In this document: positions 11,881 through 20,400 of the stretch, piece after piece | How positions within the stretch are numbered: position 1 is the first letter of the stretch | Layout of the letters: the number at the start of each line of letters is the position of its first letter | Source of the DNA: Azolla caroliniana | Taxonomy: Eukaryota > Plantae > Polypodiophyta | DNA: 64,000 nt | NCBI GenBank assembly: GCA_043228905.1 | Contig: JBHGNT010000111.1 | Location: 1 to 64,000 of the forward strand | Direction of reading: 5' to 3' | The notes under the pieces: model-generated | Told to the model about the DNA's origin: nothing | Database searches by the model: none | Seen by the model: only the letters and a program-made list of their open reading frames with translations | Program-made: the position numbers and the translations under genes

Positions 11881-12400
11881 GGTCTCAGGAGTTACCTTGG
11901 TCTGGGCTTCGATTGGAGAACCTTGTATGCGAAGCTTAATTTTCTTCACGGGTCGGTCCGACAGGTTCTCAAACGACCTATTTAAGAAAGTATATGCAAA
12001 AACATAAGTTAGACAGTCACGTAGATTGAAGTTGTATATTATAATGAAGAACAGTTTCCAGGAGCAGTAACATATTCAAAAATCTATTATAGGCAGGGCT
12101 ATTCAACCTAGAAAATATATATCGTAATAAGTAAAACGGGTTATATATTCTTTTAAATAGTAGGTATGACTTATATAGATTCTAAACCTATATTGAGGAT
12201 AATTTGCCATAGTGAAGGCAATTTGTAGATCATTTTCTACTATTTTAAGCTAAAGTAGGTCATAAAACACCTATAATTAGAGCATGTATTTCTTTAAAAG
12301 TAAGTAAAGTCAACATAAAAAAGACTGATTTTGCCAGACAATTTGATATCATTTCCACCCCATAAACGATTTTTCTCTCTCAAAGCCTTCTTATATACAG

Positions 12401-13040
12401 GGACTCGATACGGCGTATCGAGTTCGTGTTTAAAACCTACACTTTAAACACGAACTCGATACGGCGTATTGAGTTCGTGTTTAAAACCTACACTTTAAAC
12501 CGGAACTTGATACGCCGTATCGAGTTCATGGTTAAAGTGTAGGTTTTAAACACGAACTCGATACGCCGTATCGAGTTCGTGTATAAATATTTGTATTGTA
12601 TACATGAACTCGATACGCCGTATCGAGTTCATGGTTAAAGTGTAGGTTTTAAACACGAACTCGATACGCCATATCGAGTTCGTGTTTAAAGTGTAGGTTT
12701 TAAACACGAACTCGATACGCCGTATCGAGTTCGTGTTTAAAATTCAAACTTTAAACACGAACTCGATACGGCGTATCGAGTTCGTGTTTAAAACCTACAC
12801 TTTAAACACGAACTCGATACGGCGTATCGAGTTCATGTATACAATACAAATATTTATACACGAACTCGATACGGCGTATCGAGTTCGTGTTTAAGACCTA
12901 CACTTTAACCATGAACTCGATACGGCGTATCGAGTTCCGGTTTAAAGTGTAGGTCTTAAACACGAACTCGATACGCCGTATCGAGTTCGTGTATAAATAT
13001 TTGTATTGTATACATGAACTCGATACGCCGTATCGAGTTC
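12401..13040. repeat. Array of 13 palindromes GAACTCGATACG-[G/C]-CGTATCGAGTTC at 51-52-bp period
   Basis: Copies start at 12401, 12452, 12503, 12554, 12606, 12657, 12708, 12759, 12810, 12862, 12913, 12964 and 13016. The AT-rich 26-27-bp spacers are of only about three types and occur in both orientations. Confidence 0.95.
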
Positions 13041-13090
13041 TTGAGAAACGAAACATATTTACAAAAATGTCCACAGTGTCAGAGGCCTAC

Positions 13091-13276
13091 CTGGAGTCCT
13101 CGCGCTCGATTCTCTTTGAAGATATGGTTGATCGTGTTGAAGTGGAGGCGAAGATCGCGCTTTCGTGCTTTGTGCTCTGAGTGCTTTGTGTGCTCTGTGT
13201 GCTCTCTGCGTTCTGTGTGCTCTGTACGCTCTGTACGCTCTGGTGAGTGAAATATGATGAGGTCTTCCTATTTATA
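13091..13276 (-). promoter_or_regulatory. Putative TATA box and non-coding first exon of the ParB-MTase gene
   Basis: TATAAATA (minus) at 13269-13276, an ATG-free CAGAG-repeat-rich leader, donor AG|GTAGG at 13091/13090, and acceptor TTCTTAAATAG at 11978. Confidence 0.5.
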
Positions 13277-13947
13277 GGGATTGAACCCATGGTTAAAGTA
13301 ACCATAGTCACCTTAACCAATGTTGGTAACTTTGAGGATAGTTAGTTGGTAACCATAGTCACATTAACCACAGTAACTTATGATTGTATTAATGATTACA
13401 AAGTCAAACTAACATATTGATCAATCTTTTATAGTCATAACAACCTACAATCACTTCAAAGGTTATGAAGGAGACAATGATAGAGGTTCATGAATGTACC
13501 AATGATTGATTACTAAAAGCAACAATTTTTATGACTCTCAAATGTTATGTATTAAAGATGTGGGCATGAATTAACCAATGATTGATAAGTCTAATATTTA
13601 AAATGGTGAGCATTAAAGAACCAATGAGTGAGACGTTCTATATCAAAATGGGTGTCATTAATTAGCCAATGATTTTAACATTAATCCAACATATTCAAGG
13701 CTTGTTAATGATTAGTTTTATATTTTACTTGATTTAACATCATTTAGATCTAGTTTATATAATGATTGATAATTTAAGTTAAATTACTTTATTAAAAATA
13801 ATTTTTAGATGTATTGTATTAATAGAATATTACATAATATAAACATTCTATTGATTTGGCTTTTGTTTAGAGAGAAGTTTATGTTTAGGGAGGAGTATAT
13901 GGTTAGAGAGGAGTATAACTTAGAGAGCCCTATCTAGACCTTAAGCC

Positions 13948-16728
13948 ATGAGTGAAGATTCACCGTTCTCGATTGAAGAATATTGTTTGTCATCAGACCC
14001 ATCGTTTTCTACTGAAGAGTATTGTTTGTCAACAGAGTCACCATATTCGATTGAAGAATATTGTCTTTCGACCGACTCACCATATTCTATCGAAGAATAT
14101 TGTCTGAGCTCATCTACAGGGAATGTAAATAATGACACATGTGAAGAGTTCTGTATTGAAGAATACGATATTAATAAAGATACCGAGAATGAAGGAAGTG
14201 CCCAGGAAACATTGAATAACATTGGCGATGGTCAGAACAGAGAATTAGATTGTAACAAGGTTACACCAACCTCTATGCAGGAAGAGAAATCTGGGAGCCC
14301 TATGCATATTAGAAGAATCCCACGAAGAATTCGTCTGGCTAGATTTAGCTTGGTGACATCAGATAAACAGATTGGATTTGATGTCAACAAAATATGTTGT
14401 GCCTGTGGTTGTATGTCTATGATTGGAAAATCAAAGTTGCGAGAATTAAGGCGATACTATTTTTCGATGACCGGTGATGAGCAAGACACTTACCTCGGAT
14501 CACATATGCAACTAATATCTGACAAATGTACGGGGATCAAAGTATCATTCGAGTATTATATCTTCCATGCGCAACAGATATGTAGAGTTGCATTCAAAAT
14601 TGCGTTATGTGTTAGTAACATGCGGCTACATAGAGTACAACAACGTCTACTTAGCGGGGATCAGATGCTCAATTGTAAAGAGGTTCCAAGTATGAAAGGT
14701 GCAATTGGAAGACTAGCTATTGGCTGGATGAAAACTTACTTTCAGTTAAATTGTGAAGTAATGCCCACTACAGGTAGGATGCATCTTTCTGATAATTATA
14801 CCCGTCGGGAAGTTTATGATGTCTATCGATCTGAAATGCTGGGCTCACGTAATAAGTCTATCACCTATAGCCAATTCACAAGATTATGGAGAGCTCGGTT
14901 TTCAAATGTTATTATTCCTCGTAAAGTACGTATGGGGTATTGCTCCATTTGTGCAAATCTTAAAAGTTTGGCTAAAGGTGCAAAGACATCAATGGAAAAG
15001 GATACGAGTAAGAAGTTACTACAAGAGCATCGTGAGGCACAATCCTTAGAACGAAGGAAGGCGATGCATCATAGAGAGAAGTGTTTGAAGAGGCCTGAAC
15101 AATACATGTGCTTAATGATAGATGGCATGGACCAGAAGAAGACATGCTTGCCGCATATGCGGAGGCTCCCCAAAGATGTCAATGATGAGTGCCTTGTTCA
15201 AATGCACTTGGTGGGATGCTTGGCTTATAATAGGTCTGTTCGACCTCACGTCTTCATTACTTACCCCAATGTTCACAATGACCCTAACCTAACAGTTACA
15301 GTGATTCACCGAGTTTTGATGTCTTGGGGACAACCTTTCCCCCCTGTTCTATACATTCAATTGGACAATACTGCTAGAGAGAACAAAAATTCAACTGTAT
15401 TTGGCTATCTAAGTATGTTGGTCAACCTAGAATTGTTTAGGAAAGTGAAAGTCAATTTCCCTTTGGTTGGCCACACACATGACCATATAGATCAGATGTT
15501 TAGCACATTCTCCAGACACTTGTCTCGGCATGATGCTTTCACTTTACCTAAACTATTTGATGTCATTTGTGATGCATATACACCACGCCCAAAAGTGTTA
15601 CACTTGAAGGAGGTATATGACTTTAAGAGATATATATTAGATGGGGGTGGTGGGAATGTTAAAGTGCTTGCTCAGTTAAACAATATAAGTTTCAATCACA
15701 TTTTTTTGATAAAGAAAAATGGAATAAGTGGTTCTACACTTTTGTATGCTAAACAATATTCATCTTCTACAACATGGGAACCTGAAGGTGGTTGCCAGTT
15801 ATTACTTTGTATGCCGAGTACAATTGTCCATGGAGCTAAGCAAATGCCAATTGAGAAGAAAGGACAGTTGCAGAGCGACTTGGTATCAGAACAAAAACGG
15901 TCATGGCTCCAAGCCTTAGAAGAAAAAAGAAAGCATATTGAGGCCGCCAAGAAATATGCCGCACAACAAGACACGTCATGGTGGGATGTATTTTATAGTG
16001 ATCAGAAAGAAATTATAGACAATTGTGTATCTGTTGATAATTGGAATTTGGAAACGCCATTCACATGGTCGCTGCAACATGATCGCGTAAATAGAAGTCC
16101 GGAGCGACTAGTAAATGCGATTAATGACAGCTTGGTCCATCCACAACAAAGAGACATTTATGTGGGACCAAGGATGACCAAAGCAGCCGAAGCTAGATGG
16201 CAAGGAAATTTGCAAGAGCTCACCGCGGGGATGTTGATTGCAACGCCGGCTGATGAGAACTCACATGGCCACCAATGTTGGGTTGGTAAAATTCTAGAAG
16301 TGCTAATGCATGAAATAGAAAACACGATCAAGTCTATAAATGTTCATTGGTACAACACTAGAAGTGCAAATGCTTTTACAGGTAAGTATACATTGGAGAT
16401 GATTGAATGCCAAACAAGAAGGGGAGGTAGGAAGAGGAAGCGAAACATTCGTAACACCTCGACCCTTGATATCTCTGATGTGGATATCATCGTGTACGAC
16501 TTCACACTTACAAAAGCCGGACGATTAAGGAAGTCAACAATAGATATAATAAAAGAAAAATTACCAGGTCTACAAGGTGGCTCGAGTCAAAGGCAAACGA
16601 GATCTGCTACATATAATCTAGAGTCAAACCATTTGGTTTATGACGAAGATAATGCACTGATTGGTACATCCGAGGATGATGAGGAGGAATCGTCATTGTA
16701 TATTAGTTATAGTAGTGATTCTCCGTAA
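13948..16728 (+). CDS. 926-aa DDD-type transposase (Sola1-like) with N-terminal peptide repeats and a C-terminal accessory domain
   Basis: Uninterrupted ORF inside the TIRs. It has CSIC...H...H, IDGMDQKKT (~15121), YIQLDNTARENKN (~15360) and VGHTHDHIDQMFS (~15470) as candidate catalytic D-D-D motifs, a basic NLS-like RRGGRKRKR, and an acidic tail. Confidence 0.85.
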   Translation: MSEDSPFSIEEYCLSSDPSFSTEEYCLSTESPYSIEEYCLSTDSPYSIEEYCLSSSTGNVNNDTCEEFCIEEYDINKDTENEGSAQETLNNIGDGQNRELDCNKVTPTSMQEEKSGSPMHIRRIPRRIRLARFSLVTSDKQIGFDVNKICCACGCMSMIGKSKLRELRRYYFSMTGDEQDTYLGSHMQLISDKCTGIKVSFEYYIFHAQQICRVAFKIALCVSNMRLHRVQQRLLSGDQMLNCKEVPSMKGAIGRLAIGWMKTYFQLNCEVMPTTGRMHLSDNYTRREVYDVYRSEMLGSRNKSITYSQFTRLWRARFSNVIIPRKVRMGYCSICANLKSLAKGAKTSMEKDTSKKLLQEHREAQSLERRKAMHHREKCLKRPEQYMCLMIDGMDQKKTCLPHMRRLPKDVNDECLVQMHLVGCLAYNRSVRPHVFITYPNVHNDPNLTVTVIHRVLMSWGQPFPPVLYIQLDNTARENKNSTVFGYLSMLVNLELFRKVKVNFPLVGHTHDHIDQMFSTFSRHLSRHDAFTLPKLFDVICDAYTPRPKVLHLKEVYDFKRYILDGGGGNVKVLAQLNNISFNHIFLIKKNGISGSTLLYAKQYSSSTTWEPEGGCQLLLCMPSTIVHGAKQMPIEKKGQLQSDLVSEQKRSWLQALEEKRKHIEAAKKYAAQQDTSWWDVFYSDQKEIIDNCVSVDNWNLETPFTWSLQHDRVNRSPERLVNAINDSLVHPQQRDIYVGPRMTKAAEARWQGNLQELTAGMLIATPADENSHGHQCWVGKILEVLMHEIENTIKSINVHWYNTRSANAFTGKYTLEMIECQTRRGGRKRKRNIRNTSTLDISDVDIIVYDFTLTKAGRLRKSTIDIIKEKLPGLQGGSSQRQTRSATYNLESNHLVYDEDNALIGTSEDDEEESSLYISYSSDSP
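13957..14112 (+). repeat. 4 x 39-bp coding repeat (DSPFSIEEYCLSS)
   Basis: DSPFSIEEYCLSS / DPSFSTEEYCLST / ESPYSIEEYCLST / DSPYSIEEYCLSS. Confidence 0.92.
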
Positions 16729-17050
16729 AGGAGTGATCATGAATGTATATTTGGCTATTAAGTGTAACTACATTCCGCTTGTAATAAATCGAGTAATATA
16801 AAATCATGTGTTTTGAATTCTTATGATTTCCCAAAAATCGTTTCTTATAAAATAACATTGGTTGTAAAGTTTGTGATATAAATTGAGAATGTATGTTTTT
16901 GAAATTCGTCTTTTTTTAGTTACTTCTAAATCACGAAAATAGTGGATTTTTAACCTTTTTCATAGTATGTTTGAACTTGTATGATACTGGTATCAATGTG
17001 TTTTGTAAAATCATTGAAAAACCCCTAAAATTTCCCTTATCCTTCCATTT

Positions 17051-17086
17051 ATGCGCGATCCTTCCACTTGTGAACGCGAACGTGTT
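17051..17086 (-). repeat. Right terminal inverted repeat
   Basis: ATGCGCGATCCTTCCACTTGTGAACGCGAACGTGTT followed by the TSD ACTT. Confidence 0.95.
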
Positions 17087-17090
17087 ACTT

Positions 17091-17276
17091 GATTCTGCTC
17101 AATGTCGGTATACCATTCAAGAAAAGGAATTATTTGCAGTTATACATGCACTCAAAACATGGCACCATTATCTTTATGGAAATCGCTTTGTGGTAACTAC
17201 GGACCACGAGTCCTTGAAATATTTTTGTGACCAACAAGAACTGAAAGGTCGTAAGGCAAGATGGGCTGATCTGATC
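17091..17276 (+). pseudogene. Remainder of gypsy RNase H
   Basis: DSAQCRYTIQEKELFAVIHALKTWHHYLYGNRFVVTTDHESLKYF...RKARWADL, then a direct jump to the PPT. Confidence 0.9.
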
Positions 17277-17300
17277 TTAATGTTTTAAAGAGGGGGAGTA

Positions 17301-17417
17301 TGTTACGGGCATGACCATTTAATATCCCGTGGTGAGAATTTACCGTAGTATTCTATACACGTGGATAAGTGTGAGGGTTAAACGAGCGTGTAAAGAAGGG
17401 GAGGATTACTTTTAATC
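17301..17417 (+). repeat. Gypsy 3' LTR, first 117 bp only
   Basis: Matches 2943-3058 with about 4 substitutions and 1 indel, then runs into the satellite. Confidence 0.92.
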
Positions 17418-17421
17418 ATTC

Positions 17422-20400
17422 ATATGGAATTAAAAAATCAAGATTTTGAAACTCACGTCGAGAGACATGACGAAATTAGCAAATTTCAGGAGGGAGTTGA
17501 GAAGAGCTCGTGAGTAAATTAAAATCTTCATACCTAGCCCGTGTGATATTGGATTCTTGTGTTCAATCATGTGAATCGAGGCTAACAACGCTAGCTATGA
17601 TATGGAATTAAAAAATAGAGATTTTGAAACTCAGGTCGAGAGACATGACGAAATTAGCAAATATGAGGAGGGAGTTGAGACGAGGCCGTTCGGAAATGAA
17701 AATGTTCATACCTGGCTCGTGTGATATCGGATTATTGTGTCCAATCATGCGAATCGAAGCTAACAACGCTAGCTATAATATAGAATTAAAAACTCAAGAT
17801 TTTGAAACTCAGGTCGAGAGACATGACGAAATTAGCAAATTTGAGGAGGGAGTTGAGAAGAGCGCGTGAGTAAATTAAAATGATCATACCTGACTCGTAT
17901 GATATCGGATTTTAGTATTCAAACATGCGAATCGAAGCTAACAACGTTATCTATGATATGGAATTAAAAAATAAAAATTTTGAAACTCAAGTCGAGAGAC
18001 ATTACGAAATTAGCAAATTTGAGGAGGGAGTTGAGAAGAGCCCGTGAGTAAATTAAAATCTTCATACCTGGCTCGTGTGATATCGGATTTTTGTGTTCAA
18101 ACAAGCGAATCGAGGCTAACAACGCTAGCTATGATATAGAATTAAAAAATCAAGCTTTTCAAACTGAGGTCGAGAGACATGACGAACTTAGCAAATTTCA
18201 GGAGGGAGTTGAGAAGAGGCCGTTCGGAAATGAAAATGTTCATACCTGGCTCGTGTGATATCGGATTTTTGTGTTCAAACATGCGAATCGAGGCTAAAAA
18301 CTCTAGGTATGATATAGAATTAAAAAATCAAGATTTCGAAACTAAGGTCGAGAGACATGACGAAATTATCAAATTTGAGGAGGGAGTTGAGAAGAGCGCG
18401 TGAGTAAATTAAAATGTTCATACCTGGCTCGTGTGATATCGGATTTTTGTGTTCAATCATGCGAATCGAGGCTAACAACGCTAGCTATGATATGGATTTA
18501 GAAAATCAAGATTTTGAAACTCAAGTGGAGAGACATGACGAAATTAGCAAATTTGAGGAGGGAGTTGAGAAGAGCGCGTGCGTAAATTAAAATGTTCATA
18601 CCTGGCTCGTGTGATATCAGATTTTAGTGTTCAAACATGCGAATCAAAGCTAACAACCCTAACTATGATATGGAATAAAAAAATCAAGATTTTGAAACTC
18701 AGGTCGAGAGACATGACGAAATTAACAAAAATAAGGTGGGAGTTGAGAAGAGCCCGTGAGTAAATTAAAATGTTCATCCCTAGCTCGTGTGATATCGGAT
18801 TTTTATGTTCAATCATGCGAATCGAAGCTAACAACGTTAGCTATGATATAGAATTAAAAAATCTAGCTTTTGAAACTCACGTCGAGAGACATGATGAAAT
18901 TAGCAAATTTCACGAGGGTGTTGAGAAGAGCCCATTCGGAAATGAAAATGTACATACCTGGCTCGTGTGATATCGGATTTTTGTGTTCAAACATGCGAAT
19001 CGAGCCTAACAACGTTAGCTATGATATAGAATTAAAAAATCAAGATTTTGAAACTCAGGTCGAGAGACATGACGAAATTATCAAATTTGAGGACGGAGTT
19101 GGGAAGAGCGCGTGAGTAAATTAAAATGTTCATACCTGGCCCATGTGATATCGGATTTTTGTGTTCAATCATGCGAATCGAACCTAACAACGCTAGCTAT
19201 GATATGGATTTAGGAAATCAAGATTTTGAAAATCAGGTGGAGAGACATGAGGAAATTAGCAAATTTGAGGAGGGAGTTGAGAAGAGCGCGTGGGTAAATT
19301 AAAATCTTCATACCTGGCTCGTGTGATATCGGATTTTAGTGTTCAAACATGCAAATCGAAGCTAACAACCCTAACTGAGATATGGAATTAAAAAATCAAG
19401 ATTTTGAAACTCAGGTGGAGAGACAGGACGAAATTAGCAAATTTGAGGAGGGATTTGAGAAGAGCCCGTGAGTAAATTAAAATGTTCATACCTGGCTCGT
19501 GTGATATCGGATTTTAGTGTTCAATGATGCGAATGGAAGCTAACAACGCTACCTATGATATAGAATCAAAAAATCAAGATTCTGAAACTCAGGTGGAGAG
19601 ACAGGACGAAATTAGCAAATTTGAGGAGGGAGTTGAGAAGAGCCCGTGAGTAAATTAAAATGTTCATCCCTAGCTCGTGTGATATCGGATTTTAGTGTTC
19701 AAACATGCGAATCGAAGCTAACAACGCTAGCTATGATATGGAATTAAAAAATCAAGATTTTAAAACTCAGGTCGAGAGAAACACTGGTCGAGAGACATGA
19801 CGAAATTAGCAAATTTGAGGAGGGTGTTCAGAAGAGCCCGTGAGTAAATTAAAATGTTCATACCTAGCCCGTGTGATATTGGATTTTTGTGTTCAAACAT
19901 GCGAATCGAAGCTAACAACGCTAGCTATGATATGGATTTAGAAAATCAAGATTTTGAAACTCAGGTCGAGAGACATGACGAAATTAGCAAATTTGAGGAG
20001 GGAGTTGAGAATAGCGCGTGAGTAAATTAAAATGTTCATACCTGGCTCGTGTGATATTGGATTTTTGTGTTCAACCATGCGAATCGAAGCTAACAACACT
20101 AGCTATGATATGGATTTAGAAAATATGGATTTTGAAACTCACGTCGAGAGACATGACAAAATTAGCAAATTTGAGGAGGGAGTTGAGAAGAGCGTGTGGG
20201 TAAATTAAAATGTTCATACCTGGCTCGTGTGATATCGGATTTTTGTGTTCAATCATGCGAATCGAAGCTAACAACGCTAGCTATGATATGGATTGAGAAA
20301 ATCTAGATTTTGAAACTCAGGTAGAGAGAAATGATGAAATTAGCAAATTTGAGGAGGGAGTTGAGAAGAGCGCATGGGAAGATTAAAATGTTCATACCTG

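Larger units (their letters stand above)
7704..17086 (+). mobile_element. 9,383-bp TIR DNA transposon, Sola1-like, carrying two genes
   Basis: 36-bp TIRs (AACACGTTCGCGTTCACAAGTGGAAGGAT[T/C]GCGCAT, 35/36 match), flanked by ACTT at 7700-7703 and 17087-17090. Removing the element restores the gypsy frame FESKKL|DSAQCRY. Superfamily inferred from transposase motifs and the 4-bp A..T TSD. Confidence 0.92.
2943..17417 (+). mobile_element. Ty3/gypsy LTR retrotransposon (decayed; integrase deleted; interrupted by a DNA transposon; 3' LTR truncated)
   Basis: 5' LTR TGTTACGGGC... at 2943 is repeated at 17301; PBS TGGTATCAGA 3399-3408; PPT AAAGAGGGGGAGTA 17287-17300; gag-PR-RT-RH domain order. Confidence 0.93.

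Noticed and set aside
8752-11977. Bacterial contamination as the source of the MTase gene
   Set aside because: The gene has spliceosomal introns and sits inside a TSD-flanked element nested in a plant-type retrotransposon.
12401-13040. CRISPR array
   Set aside because: Repeat and spacer sizes look similar, but the spacers are reused in both orientations rather than unique, there are no cas genes, and the context is eukaryotic.
12401-13040. Homology between the palindrome core (CTCGATACG) and the satellite motif (CTCGATTCG)
   Set aside because: The match is only 8-9 bp, which is expected by chance; no extended similarity was seen.
13087-13320. 77-aa QST-repeat ORF as a coding first exon of the MTase gene
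   Set aside because: It splices in frame, but its ATGs lie upstream of the putative TATA box, so it is treated as 5' UTR. Not fully excluded.
16971-17090. N-terminal part of ORF 16971..17288
   Set aside because: It is the non-coding right end of the transposon, which happens to be in frame with the gypsy RNase H remainder.
19771-19796. Small insertion in a satellite monomer (GTCGAGAGA-AACACTG-GTCGAGAGA) as a transposon footprint
   Set aside because: A single short duplication with filler is equally explained by ordinary break repair.
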